From the NCBI GenBank assembly GCA_028709135.1, contig JAQVXN010000001.1:1-29129 (forward strand): a DNA stretch of 29,129 nt, written 5' to 3'. This stretch comes from Bacteroidaceae bacterium (GTDB lineage Bacteria > Bacteroidota > Bacteroidia > Bacteroidales > Bacteroidaceae). Positions 1 to 9,001 of the stretch are shown here, piece by piece. A program made the translations under genes and the position numbers. A model generated the notes under the pieces. The model saw only the letters and a program-made list of their open reading frames with translations. It was not told where the DNA came from and did not search any database. How positions within the stretch are numbered: position 1 is the first letter of the stretch; each line of letters starts with the position of its first letter.

Positions 1-26
1 AACATCCAATAAACAATAAATATATT

Positions 27-137
27 ATGTCAAAAAGAAAAAAATTTCTGCTCTCAGAATCGGAAATACCTACAAAGTGGTATAACATTGCTGCCGAGAT
101 GAAAAATAAACCTCAGCCAATGATTAGCCCTTTATGA
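27..137 (+). pseudogene. N-terminal fragment (36 codons) of a TrpB2/TrpB-like PLP-dependent enzyme
   Basis: ATG at 27 after an AT-rich leader gives MSKRKKFLLSESEIPTKWYNIAAEMKNKPQPMISPL*. The E-IP-xWYNI-A-M-NKP pattern matches the N-terminus of Bacteroidales TrpB-like proteins as I recall them. Stop at 135-137; the rest of the gene is absent. Confidence 0.7.
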
Positions 138-618
138 AAGCCTGCTTCTTCCTTTTGCTATCATTCTGGCTGTGCCAGTGGGTATCTTGGGCAGTTTTCT
201 CATGGCACAAGTCTTTGGCTTCCAGAACAACATCTATATGCAAACAGGTATCGTACTCCTCATCGGTCTGCTGGCTAAGACGGGTATTCTAATCACCGAA
301 TATGCCGTTTCCCATCGTCGACAGGGCATGGGACTGGTACAGTCAGCTTGTCAGGCAGCACGTGAACGCTTCCGCCCGATACTCATGACCATACTGACGA
401 TGATTCTGGGCATGTTGCCACTGATGGTGGCTACAGGAGCTGGAGCTAACGGTAGCCGCTCTCTGGCTTCATGTGTGGTAGGCGGAATGATATTCGGTGT
501 CATCGCTTTACTCTTCCTCGTTCCTGCCTTCTTTATCATCTTCCAGTGGTTACAGGAGCATTTAATGCCGAAAAGACTCATTGACAACAAAGAAATCATT
601 GAACAGAATCATGAATAA
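127..618 (+). pseudogene. C-terminal fragment (~163 aa) of an AcrB/HAE1-type RND efflux permease
   Basis: The frame opens after TGA 121-123 and reads ALYESLLLPFAIILAVP...GLLAKTGILITEYA...ARERFRPILMT...GMLPL...VGGM, i.e. the last TM helices of an RND permease. There is no proper start, and ~85% of a ~1050-aa protein is missing. Confidence 0.85.
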
Positions 619-2008
619 AACAATGAAAATAAATAGATATTTCCTGTTAGCATTCTCTCTTCTGATCATTCTGAACAGTTGCTCTACGATGAAACAGTTG
701 AGAGCAGATTATCAGCCACAGCAGATCAACACGGATTCCATTTTAAGGAAGTCTACTCTTGACAGCCTTTCCATCGCTCACCTTTCTGAAGATACCACCG
801 GCCTCATGCATTGGCAGCAGTTCTACAGGGATGTCTCACTACAACGGCTCATCAACGAAGCTTTGGTTCACAATAGTGATCTGGAGATAGCCCGGTTGCG
901 CATCCAGAAAGCAGCCGCCTCACTAAAAGGAGCCAGAGGATTGTTGCAACCTACGGTGAATGTCTCTGAAGATGTAACTGTGAGCCGTTTCAAAGGGGAA
1001 AAACTTACAGCCACTTATTCCATAGGGCCAACTGCCAGTTGGGAAATAGACATCTTCAACAGACATGGCAACAATATCAAGGCTGCTGCTGCATCTGTTG
1101 AAGAAACGAATGCTTATGCCGAAGCAGTGAAAACGCAACTCATAGCGACTGTTGCCAAGAGTTACTACACACTGGAGTTACTGGATGCTAAAAAAGAGGT
1201 TACCGAGAAAACCATCGACAGCTGGCGACAGCAGATAACAGCGGAGCGTGCACTGATGGCAGCAGGTGAAACTGACAACAGCAGCATTTTTCAGACAGAA
1301 GCCAGCAAACTGGGTACAGAAACACTTCTTTCAGAGATTCTACAACAGACCGTCGCTACGGAAAACGCGCTTTGTGCTTTGCTCGGTCGCTCGTCAGGAA
1401 CCATCTACAGAGACAGATTCTCAAATAGTAAGCTTTCTTTGGACCTCATCAGAAATATTCCAGTATCAGCCCTTGCCACCCGACCCGATGTCCGTCAGGC
1501 TGAAGCTCAACTCCGACAGGCTTTCTATCAGACACAGGCAGTTCGTTCGGCTTTCTATTCAAGTCTTCGTTTGTCAGGCAATGTCGGCTGGACCAACAAT
1601 GGTTCTGTAGGCATCACCAATCCGGGTAGCATCATCTGGCAGGCTGCAGCATCGCTTTTGCAACCAATCCTTACCAATGGGCAGAATCGAATGAATCTGA
1701 AGATAGCAAAATCAGAACAGCAACAGGCACTCGTCAATTTCCGACAGAAAGTCATCGATGCTGGCAATGAGGTTAACAATGCACTGAATTGTGTTCAGTA
1801 TTCCGGACAGATCATAGCTTTACTGGAGCAACAGAAAGAAAAACTTCGTCAGACCATTCATGTGGTAGATGCTCAGATGAAGTATGGAGAGGGTAATTCC
1901 CTACAGATTCTCATTGCCCGACAATCACTCCTCAATGCAGAAATCAACCTGTTAAACAGTCAGTATAGCCAGATAGAGAGCTATATCTCCCTGTTTCTGG
2001 CATTGTGA
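611..2008 (+). CDS. Outer-membrane efflux factor (TolC/OprM family) lipoprotein
   Basis: Lipoprotein signal (..IILNSC), SWEIDIF and RPDVRQAEAQL motifs, two coiled-coil OEP repeats. Start overlaps the RND stop. Start 611 or 623 is more likely than the ORF-track 581. Confidence 0.88.
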   Translation: MNKTMKINRYFLLAFSLLIILNSCSTMKQLRADYQPQQINTDSILRKSTLDSLSIAHLSEDTTGLMHWQQFYRDVSLQRLINEALVHNSDLEIARLRIQKAAASLKGARGLLQPTVNVSEDVTVSRFKGEKLTATYSIGPTASWEIDIFNRHGNNIKAAAASVEETNAYAEAVKTQLIATVAKSYYTLELLDAKKEVTEKTIDSWRQQITAERALMAAGETDNSSIFQTEASKLGTETLLSEILQQTVATENALCALLGRSSGTIYRDRFSNSKLSLDLIRNIPVSALATRPDVRQAEAQLRQAFYQTQAVRSAFYSSLRLSGNVGWTNNGSVGITNPGSIIWQAAASLLQPILTNGQNRMNLKIAKSEQQQALVNFRQKVIDAGNEVNNALNCVQYSGQIIALLEQQKEKLRQTIHVVDAQMKYGEGNSLQILIARQSLLNAEINLLNSQYSQIESYISLFLAL

Positions 2009-2009
2009 G

Positions 2010-2029
2010 AATACCTCAAAATAGGTATT
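2010..2029 (+). terminator. Weak hairpin right after the OMF stop
   Basis: AATACCT-caaaat-AGGTATT followed by tgttt. Confidence 0.35.
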
Positions 2030-2337
2030 TGTTTACAACAAATAGACTTATTTTATGCCCAAATTCGGTGAGAAATTTTCTCTAAGGAACTTCCAAAGAT
2101 ATGAATATTTCAGTTAAGATTTGGGGTAGGTGGGCTACATGGACCGCTCTGCATATTGACTTAGCCATAAGTATACATAGGTATATATTGCCATAGATAT
2201 TTTGTATGAGTTTCAAGTAATATATTGTAACATTTAAGAAAGCTGGAAAAAGTCTTGGATATAAACGAAGCGAGAGTGGAAAATGATTCCACAAACTCCG
2301 AATTATATATACTTCCATTTGTATTAAAAATTTGCTA

Positions 2338-2387
2338 TGCCCGTTGGCGAAATTGAATTAAGTCGTATTTAATTCTGGCAACGGGCA
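2338..2387. terminator. Imperfect 50-nt hairpin between convergent genes (possible bidirectional terminator or repeat)
   Basis: TGCCCGTTG...GAATTAA-gtcgtat-TTAATTC...CAACGGGCA. Confidence 0.5.
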
Positions 2388-2410
2388 GACTTAGGCTTCT
2401 TAAGGGCCAA

Positions 2411-3817
2411 CTAAATATCCAGAAAGGAGAATTTATCATCCGGTGTATATCCGCTGCGAATTTTCCAATTTTGAGGATAGAGGTTATTGGCGTGTGCTCC
2501 CAAATTATTCACAAATCCCAGAGGAACACCTAAAAACGTAAGTAACACGTAACCACGTGGAGTATTTGCAGGCAACATCAGTGACATGCGGCGCAAATAC
2601 TCCAAGGCTATTTCGCGGTCAATCTCAACTTGTGTAAAGGCTTCCCGATGCAAGGCTGTAGCCAGCGCTAATGCCTGATGAGGTTGAAATTTATTTCCCT
2701 TGCAAACAACCACTGGAATGCCGGCAGACAATATGTGAAAATGATTTCCCATCAAGTTCACCACTTCAACTACTGACTTTTCAAGAGCAAATACAGTATT
2801 GTCTTTTTCTATCATTACAAAATCTGCGGAATTTCGAAGCCAGTCTTTCATAGGAGCTTGCGAAAACGACAAAAACTTCACGTTCGTTTTTTTAGTCTTT
2901 TTCATAGGTTTCCCTTCTGAAGCACTTGCATCGTCCTGTTTGTTTTTGCGCAACAATGCCAAGAAAAAGCCTTCACCTTTCGTGCGGTGAGGCATGAAAC
3001 GATATACCGGGAAATCATGCTCCGGTAACAAGTTACCGGTCACTTGCCAATCCTCCATAACAGGGATTTTCACCGGTTCGGCGCCCAACGTTTCGCAAAA
3101 GTATTTTACGTTGCGTTCGTCTTCTTCCAAATTGTAGGTACACGTACTATATATCATATACCCCCCTTCACGCAGTGCAGGCCAAACTTCTCTCACAATA
3201 TCCTGCTGACGTTGCGCACATGCTTTCACATTTTGTAAACTCCACTCATCCAAAGCAGGGTTATCCTTACGAAACATTCCCTCGCCGGAACACGGGGCAT
3301 CTATGGCAATAACATCAAAAAAGTCTTTCAGCGAACCAAAATCACTTGGATAATTATTTGTCACCACCACTTCCGGATGTCCCCATTTCAACATATTCTC
3401 CAAAAGTACTTGAGCTCGCAATTTCAAGGGTTCGTTACAGACCAGAACACTTCCAGGCGGTAATAGAGAACGCAATAAAGTAGATTTTCCTCCCGGCGAA
3501 GCGCATAGATCAAGCACGCGACGAGCCTCGCCACATACATTCAAAGCTTGTTCCACAAACATAGACGAAGGTTCCTGAACATAATATGCTCCGGCATGAA
3601 ACAACGGATCAAAGGTAAATGCAGGCCGATCCTGCAAATAGCAGCCCGCTGAAGACCACGGTACAGCTTTTAAAGCGGTTGCTGTGTGAATGTTTTTATG
3701 TACATTCGGGCGAAATGCTACTTGAGGAACTTTCTCCAAGGCAGAAACAAAATGTAAATAATCTTCCGCACCTATTAATTGGGTCATCTCCTCTACAAAA
3801 GCTTCAGGTAGTTTCAT
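2411..3817 (-). CDS. RsmB/RsmF (NOL1/NOP2/Sun) family RNA m5C methyltransferase
   Basis: YVQEPSSM, VLDLCASPGGKS, DAPCSGEG and YSTCT motifs; RsmF-like C-terminal domains. Confidence 0.92.
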   Translation of the reverse strand: MKLPEAFVEEMTQLIGAEDYLHFVSALEKVPQVAFRPNVHKNIHTATALKAVPWSSAGCYLQDRPAFTFDPLFHAGAYYVQEPSSMFVEQALNVCGEARRVLDLCASPGGKSTLLRSLLPPGSVLVCNEPLKLRAQVLLENMLKWGHPEVVVTNNYPSDFGSLKDFFDVIAIDAPCSGEGMFRKDNPALDEWSLQNVKACAQRQQDIVREVWPALREGGYMIYSTCTYNLEEDERNVKYFCETLGAEPVKIPVMEDWQVTGNLLPEHDFPVYRFMPHRTKGEGFFLALLRKNKQDDASASEGKPMKKTKKTNVKFLSFSQAPMKDWLRNSADFVMIEKDNTVFALEKSVVEVVNLMGNHFHILSAGIPVVVCKGNKFQPHQALALATALHREAFTQVEIDREIALEYLRRMSLMLPANTPRGYVLLTFLGVPLGFVNNLGAHANNLYPQNWKIRSGYTPDDKFSFLDI

Positions 3818-3838
3818 CGTTTTTTGTTTACTTGTTTA

Positions 3839-3846
3839 CAAAAGTA
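3839..3846 (-). promoter_or_regulatory. Bacteroidetes -7 promoter element (methyltransferase gene)
   Basis: TACTTTTG on the minus strand, 21 nt upstream of the ATG at 3817. Confidence 0.6.
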
Positions 3847-3879
3847 CAAAATAGCCCCAGATTATTCAAGAAAAAGGAT

Positions 3880-3887
3880 TAATTTTG
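3880..3887 (+). promoter_or_regulatory. Bacteroidetes -7 promoter element (membrane protein-thyA-folA)
   Basis: TAATTTTG. It contains the ORF-track TTG start at 3885, so the real start is probably ATG 3900 or later. Confidence 0.55.
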
Positions 3888-3899
3888 CCCTACACTAGC

Positions 3900-4532
3900 A
3901 TGAAAAAACAAAAGATGATAAAAGTCACCCACATTCTGCTCCTGCTCACAGTCGCTTTCTGTTTTTTACAGAACGTCTCCGCAGACAAGGCCCCTACTCA
4001 CCACTCCACTGCCATTACAGCCGTATCCGACACCACCGACTCCGCAGTTGATTCGCCAGACACCGCGGCCACTACAACGATGACCCATCTACCGACAACA
4101 AAAATTGACTTGACAACGAATCCTTTCAAATTTTTTGACATGGGTGGGGGTGCTTTTATCCTACTTAATTTATTCCTGATTTCTCTCATTTTTCTCGTTC
4201 CTTTAGGATTTTTTATTCTGGTGATATATCTCATCGTGAGAAGAAACCGAAGGAAAAAGAGGGAAGAAGAACCTACGCCCACCATCATTTATCAAAACGG
4301 CCCGATGCCCATCGGAGGCTATCCCGAACAAACCAAACGCATGCTGGAAAAAAACAAAGATAGAGCCATTCTGCACATGGGCCTTGGCATCGGCGTTTTC
4401 GTAGTGAGCCTGCTCTTCCACATTAAAATCTGCATCGCCATAGGCATTGTGCTCTTCTGTTATGGTTCCTCCGAATTTACAAATGCACGTCGCCATTTAC
4501 GCGAACGAAACAACGATCAATCAAAAAAATGA
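3900..4532 (+). CDS. Membrane protein with signal peptide, Ser/Thr-rich linker and ~3 TM helices (DUF6249-like)
   Basis: Signal peptide, T/S/D-rich stretch, a TM followed by RRNRRKKR, and a C-terminal GLGIG...IGIVLFCYG hairpin. Stop overlaps the thyA ATG (ATGA). Confidence 0.75.
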   Translation: MKKQKMIKVTHILLLLTVAFCFLQNVSADKAPTHHSTAITAVSDTTDSAVDSPDTAATTTMTHLPTTKIDLTTNPFKFFDMGGGAFILLNLFLISLIFLVPLGFFILVIYLIVRRNRRKKREEEPTPTIIYQNGPMPIGGYPEQTKRMLEKNKDRAILHMGLGIGVFVVSLLFHIKICIAIGIVLFCYGSSEFTNARRHLRERNNDQSKK

Positions 4533-5323
4533 AACAATATTTAGACCTTTGCCGGCGCATTTTGTCGGAGGGTACCCTTAAAGAAGACCGTACCGGAACA
4601 GGTACGCTCAGCATCTTCGGTCATCAAATGCGCTTCAATCTGGAAGACGGTTTTCCTCTTCTTACAACGAAGAAGCTGCATCTCAAATCTATTATCTATG
4701 AATTGTTGTGGTTTCTGCAAGGCGACACCAACGTGCATTATCTGCAAGAACACGGCGTCAAAATTTGGAATGAATGGGCGGATGCTGACGGCAATTTGGG
4801 ACATATCTACGGATACCAATGGAGGTCGTGGCCCGACTATAAAGGCGGTACCATCGATCAGATTCAAAACGCAGTAGACGACATCAAAAATAATCCTTCT
4901 TCACGCCGTATCATTGTGAATGCATGGAATGTGGGTGATTTGGATTCTATGAACCTGCCCCCCTGCCACATGTTCTTTCAATTTTATGTAGCAGATGGAC
5001 GACTAAGCCTGCAAATGTACCAACGCAGCTGCGACACTTTTCTCGGTGTTCCCTTCAATATAGCCAGCTATGCTCTTTTATTGCAAATGATGGCACAGGT
5101 AACAGGACTTCGCGCAGGTGACTTCGTCCATACGATGGGCGATGCTCATATTTACCTGAACCACTTGGAACAAGTCAAATTACAGCTTACACGTGAACCA
5201 CGCCCTCTGCCCACGATGAAAATCAATCCCGACGTGAAGAACATTTTCGACTTCAAATACGAAGACTTCGAATTGGAAAACTATAATCCCTGGCCACACA
5301 TCTCGGGACAGGTATCCGTATAA
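4529..5323 (+). CDS. thyA: Thymidylate synthase
   Basis: [18 protein letters not shown] and GVPFN motifs; 264 aa. Confidence 0.98.
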   Translation: MKQYLDLCRRILSEGTLKEDRTGTGTLSIFGHQMRFNLEDGFPLLTTKKLHLKSIIYELLWFLQGDTNVHYLQEHGVKIWNEWADADGNLGHIYGYQWRSWPDYKGGTIDQIQNAVDDIKNNPSSRRIIVNAWNVGDLDSMNLPPCHMFFQFYVADGRLSLQMYQRSCDTFLGVPFNIASYALLLQMMAQVTGLRAGDFVHTMGDAHIYLNHLEQVKLQLTREPRPLPTMKINPDVKNIFDFKYEDFELENYNPWPHISGQVSV

Positions 5324-5341
5324 ATATCTTCTTACGCACAC

Positions 5342-5839
5342 ATGGCTAAAATCAATCTTATTGTCTGCATCGCCCGCAACGGCGCCATCGGATACAACAA
5401 TCACCTGCTTTATCACCTCCGCGATGACCTGAAACATTTCAAGGAACTCACCACAGGTCACACCGTGCTCATGGGACGTCGCACATTTGAATCCCTACCA
5501 AAAGGTGCCCTTCCAAACCGCCGTAACATTGTTCTGACCAAACAAAATTTATACTGGCCTGGCACGGAAGTTTTTTCTTCTCTGCAAGACGCCCTCAACC
5601 ATTGTTCTCCTGACGAAGATGTATTCATTATCGGGGGACATTCTGTATATCGCGATGCTCTCACTCTCGCTGACAACCTTTTTCTAACCGAAGTAGACGA
5701 TACTCCATCTGAAGCCGATACGTTTTTCCCAAAATTGAAACGCGAGAATTGGAAAGAAACAGCGCGTGAGCACCATGAAGCAAATGAACAAAACGAACGC
5801 CCTTATGACTTCGTTACCCTACATAGAATCTCCAAATAG
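5342..5839 (+). CDS. folA: Dihydrofolate reductase
   Basis: NGAIG, DLKHFK, MGRRTFESLP, LPNRRNIVL and IIGG motifs; follows thyA. Confidence 0.97.
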   Translation: MAKINLIVCIARNGAIGYNNHLLYHLRDDLKHFKELTTGHTVLMGRRTFESLPKGALPNRRNIVLTKQNLYWPGTEVFSSLQDALNHCSPDEDVFIIGGHSVYRDALTLADNLFLTEVDDTPSEADTFFPKLKRENWKETAREHHEANEQNERPYDFVTLHRISK

Positions 5840-5965
5840 AAAAATGCACTCTAACTGCTGACGTTCAAAACGGAAAACTTTTTACGCTTATCAAAAAATT
5901 ATTGCGTTTATAATCAGGCATCTAAAAAAATAAATGGAAAACTTCCTAATTTATTTTTGAAAAAA

Positions 5966-5997
5966 TTTGTCTGATATGAAACACATCGTTATCTTTG
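5966..5997 (+). promoter_or_regulatory. Complete Bacteroidetes primary-sigma promoter for the riboswitch-nrdDG transcript
   Basis: TTTG (5966-5969), 20-nt spacer, TATCTTTG (5990-5997). Confidence 0.8.
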
Positions 5998-6004
5998 CAC
6001 AAGA

Positions 6005-6180
6005 TACGACGGTTTCCGCAAGTTGTCAACCAATCTTGCGAGATGAAAAGAGAATCCGGTGAAAATCCGGAACTATCCCCGTAGCTGTAAGTTCTTTTAT
6101 GGACGTTGCAAAAAGCCACTGACTCCGTTGAAAAGTTGGGAAGGCGCAACGCCTCGGAACGAGTCAGAAGACCTGCCGCG
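6005..6180 (+). ncRNA. Cobalamin (B12) riboswitch
   Basis: Ordered hallmarks: GGTT(6011), variable hairpin, AAAAGAGAA-TCCGGTGAAAATCCGGA-ACT..CCCC..GCTGTAA, GCCACTG(6115), GGGAAGGC(6138), GAGTCAGAAGACCTGCC(6161-6177). Ends are approximate. Confidence 0.93.
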
Positions 6181-6224
6181 TAGATTTACTTAACAGAGCT
6201 TTCGGGAGAAAAGCAAGAAAGTAG

Positions 6225-6262
6225 ACATGACGCAGCAACCTGCATTCATGTATCTTTTTTCT
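6225..6262 (+). terminator. Intrinsic terminator of the riboswitch expression platform
   Basis: ACATGA-cGCAG-caac-CTGC-at-TCATGT followed by atcTTTTTTTcTTTTTTT, ~60 nt before the nrdD ATG. Confidence 0.7.
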
Positions 6263-6321
6263 TTTTTTACTTTCCAAATTGCTCCATTCATTTCGAGAAA
6301 AAACTGAAATAAGGAAATACA

Positions 6322-8454
6322 ATGAGTGCAAGCATTTTCATTAACAAACGAGACGGGAAACGAGAAATGTTTTCCATCGAAAAAATCAAGAACGCCATCC
6401 GCAAAGCTTTTTTGTCGGTAGGTAGTTATGCTGCGGAAGAAGACTTAACATCCATTCTGGCCCGCGTTACAATCCAGAATGGTATGTCTGTGGAAGAAAT
6501 ACAAAATCAAGTAGAAATTTCCCTGATGGCAGAGCACTACTTTAAAGTAGCAAAATCATTTATGCTTTATCGTCAGAAGCATACCGAAGACCGCGAAATA
6601 CGCGACCACTTGCAGTTTCTCATCGACTATTGCGCCGCAGCCAATCCGGCTACCGGCAGCAAGTTCGACGCCAATGCCAACGTGGAAAAAAAGAATATCG
6701 CCACGTTAATCGGTGAACTGCCCAAAAAAAGTTTTATTCGCCTAAACCGCCGCCTACTCATCGACCGCATCAAGGAAATGTATGGAAAGGAACTCTCCGA
6801 CAAATATTTGATGCTGCTTAACAACCACTTCATTTATAAGAATGATGAAACCAATTTGGCCAATTACTGCGCCAGCATCACCATGTATCCATGGTTACTA
6901 GAAGGTACCGTTTCCATCGGAGGCAACTCTACGGCTCCCACAAATCTCAAATCCTTCTGCGGCGGCTTCATCAATATGGTCTTCATCGTTTCCAGTATGT
7001 TGAGCGGAGCCTGCGCCACGCCTGAATTTCTGATGTATCTCAACTATTTCATTCAGAAAGAATTTGGGAAAGATTATTACCTGCACGCAGATGACATTGT
7101 GGACCTCTCTCTCAAGAAACGTACACTGGATAAAGTGATCACGGATTGTTTCGAGCAAATCGTATACTCGATCAACCAACCTACCGGTGCCAGAAACTTT
7201 CAAGCTGTTTTTTGGAATATTTCCTACTACGACCATTACTATTTCGACAGCCTCTTTGGCCAATTTTTCTTTCCCGACGGCACACGCCCAGACTGGAGTT
7301 CTCTCAACTGGCTGCAGAAACGCTTTATGAAATGGTTCAATCAGGAAAGGACAAAAGCTGTACTCACTTTCCCTGTAGAAACAATGGCGCTGCTCACAGA
7401 AAACGGAGACACAAAAGACCGAGAATACGGCGACTGGACCGCACAAATGTATGCCGAAGGCCACTCCTTCTTTACTTATATGAGTGACAATGCAGATTCC
7501 TTAAGCAGTTGCTGCCGCCTGCGTAATGAAATTCAAGACAACGGCTTTAGTTACACACTCGGTGCCGGAGGCGTGTCGACCGGTTCCAAAAGCGTACTCA
7601 CCATCAACCTGAATCGCTGCATTCAGGAAGCAGCACGCCAAAATGAACCTTACCTTGCCTTTTTGGAACGAATTGTCGACCTCGTTCACAAAGTACAATT
7701 GTCGTACAACGAGAATCTTAAGGAACTGGCTTCCAAAGGTATGTTACCACTCTTTGATACGGGATACATCAATATTCAAAGGCAATATCTTACAATCGGC
7801 GTAAACGGCCTTGTGGAAGCTGCCGAATTCCTAGGCATTGCCATTAACGATAATTCGCAATATGTAAATTTTGTACAACAAGTACTGGGCCTCATTGAAA
7901 CCTACAACAAGAAGTATCGCACAAAGGAAGTGCTTTTCAACTGCGAAATGATCCCTGCAGAAAACGTCGGAGTAAAGCACGCCAAATGGGATCGTGAAGA
8001 TGGATACAAAGTACCGCGCGACTGTTATAACAGTTACTTTTATGCTGTTGAAGACGGCTCTCTCAATCTGCTCGATAAATTCCGCCTTCATGGTAAAAAA
8101 TACATTGAGCACCTTACAGGCGGTTCTGCACTCCATGCCAATCTGGCCGAACATCTCAGTAAGCCCCAATATCGTCAAATTCTCCGCGTTGCAGCTCAAG
8201 AAGGTTGCAATTACTTCACTTTCAATATTCCAAATACCATCTGCAACGATTGTGGCCACATTGACAAACGCTATCTAAAGACTTGCCCTCACTGCCACAG
8301 TAACAACTTAGATTACTTGACACGCGTCATCGGATACATGAAACGCATCAGCAACTTCTCCATGCCACGTCAACAGGAAGCGGCACGCCGTTATTATGCT
8401 CCCGTCGGAAGTCTGTCAGAAGAAAATACAAAAGAATCTGAAATCCATGCTTAA
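6322..8454 (+). CDS. nrdD: Anaerobic (class III) ribonucleoside-triphosphate reductase with N-terminal ATP-cone
   Basis: KRDG ATP-cone, SSCCRL finger loop (C397-C398), CNDC..CPHC Zn site, RVIGY glycyl-radical loop (G671). Confidence 0.95.
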   Translation: MSASIFINKRDGKREMFSIEKIKNAIRKAFLSVGSYAAEEDLTSILARVTIQNGMSVEEIQNQVEISLMAEHYFKVAKSFMLYRQKHTEDREIRDHLQFLIDYCAAANPATGSKFDANANVEKKNIATLIGELPKKSFIRLNRRLLIDRIKEMYGKELSDKYLMLLNNHFIYKNDETNLANYCASITMYPWLLEGTVSIGGNSTAPTNLKSFCGGFINMVFIVSSMLSGACATPEFLMYLNYFIQKEFGKDYYLHADDIVDLSLKKRTLDKVITDCFEQIVYSINQPTGARNFQAVFWNISYYDHYYFDSLFGQFFFPDGTRPDWSSLNWLQKRFMKWFNQERTKAVLTFPVETMALLTENGDTKDREYGDWTAQMYAEGHSFFTYMSDNADSLSSCCRLRNEIQDNGFSYTLGAGGVSTGSKSVLTINLNRCIQEAARQNEPYLAFLERIVDLVHKVQLSYNENLKELASKGMLPLFDTGYINIQRQYLTIGVNGLVEAAEFLGIAINDNSQYVNFVQQVLGLIETYNKKYRTKEVLFNCEMIPAENVGVKHAKWDREDGYKVPRDCYNSYFYAVEDGSLNLLDKFRLHGKKYIEHLTGGSALHANLAEHLSKPQYRQILRVAAQEGCNYFTFNIPNTICNDCGHIDKRYLKTCPHCHSNNLDYLTRVIGYMKRISNFSMPRQQEAARRYYAPVGSLSEENTKESEIHA

Positions 8455-8914
8455 ATTTTACAACTTCGACATCGTTTTTCAGGAAATTCCCGACGAAACT
8501 ACTCTGGCTGTGAACCTGACAAATTGCCCCAACCACTGCAAAGGCTGCCACAGCCCACACCTCTGGGCTGACACAGGTACGCCGCTCGAAGAAGAAAGTC
8601 TCAAAACGCTATTAATTCCATACATAAATGGCATCACCTGTTTTTGCTTCATGGGAGGCGACGCAGAACCTGAGGCCGTAAACCACTTAGCAGGCTTGCT
8701 CCGTAACCTTTACCCCAAACTAAAAATAGGATGGTATTCGGGTCGCAACGAAATTGTTCCTGAAATAAAATTCTCAAATTTCGATTATATAAAGGTAGGC
8801 CCTTATCAAGAAGAAGAGGGGAGCTTGAAATCAAGCACCACAAATCAACATCTTTATAAAATACTTTCGTCCGGAGAAAAACTAGATATCACTTCCAAAT
8901 TCTGGAGACATTAG
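8447..8914 (+). CDS. nrdG: Anaerobic RNR activating protein (radical SAM)
   Basis: DIVFQEIP, CPNHCKGCHS (CxxxCxxC), FMGGD, GWYSG and KVGPY motifs. ATG 8447 overlaps the nrdD end and is preferred over 8396. Confidence 0.95.
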   Translation: MLKFYNFDIVFQEIPDETTLAVNLTNCPNHCKGCHSPHLWADTGTPLEEESLKTLLIPYINGITCFCFMGGDAEPEAVNHLAGLLRNLYPKLKIGWYSGRNEIVPEIKFSNFDYIKVGPYQEEEGSLKSSTTNQHLYKILSSGEKLDITSKFWRH

Positions 8915-8915
8915 C

Positions 8916-8960
8916 AGAACAGGGCAGCACTGTTCCACAAAAGTGTTGCCCTGTTCTTTT
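8916..8960 (+). terminator. nrdDG terminator
   Basis: 16-bp stem AGAACAGGGCAGCACT / AGTGTTGCCCTGTTCT followed by TTT, 1 nt after the nrdG stop. Confidence 0.8.
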
Positions 8961-8971
8961 CCAAAAACGAT

Positions 8972-9001
8972 GCGGCGGACTTTTTCAGGTTCGCCGCTTT
9001 T
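8972..9001 (+). terminator. Second GC-rich hairpin with T-tract
   Basis: GCGGCGGA...TTCGCCGC followed by TTTT. Confidence 0.45.

Noticed and set aside
2101-2196. MNISVKIWGRWATWT.. looked like a Cas5 N-terminus (..VWGDYA.FTRPE)
   Set aside because: The resemblance stops after ~14 residues, the RPE..ERVSY motif is missing, the ORF is only 31 codons and there is no cas context.
5840-6000. NrdR boxes upstream of nrdD
   Set aside because: I found no convincing tandem acaCwAtATaTwGtg matches.
4529-8914. thyA-folA-nrdDG as a phage-like nucleotide-metabolism module
   Set aside because: There are no phage genes, nrdDG has its own host-type promoter and riboswitch, and the flanks are chromosomal housekeeping genes.
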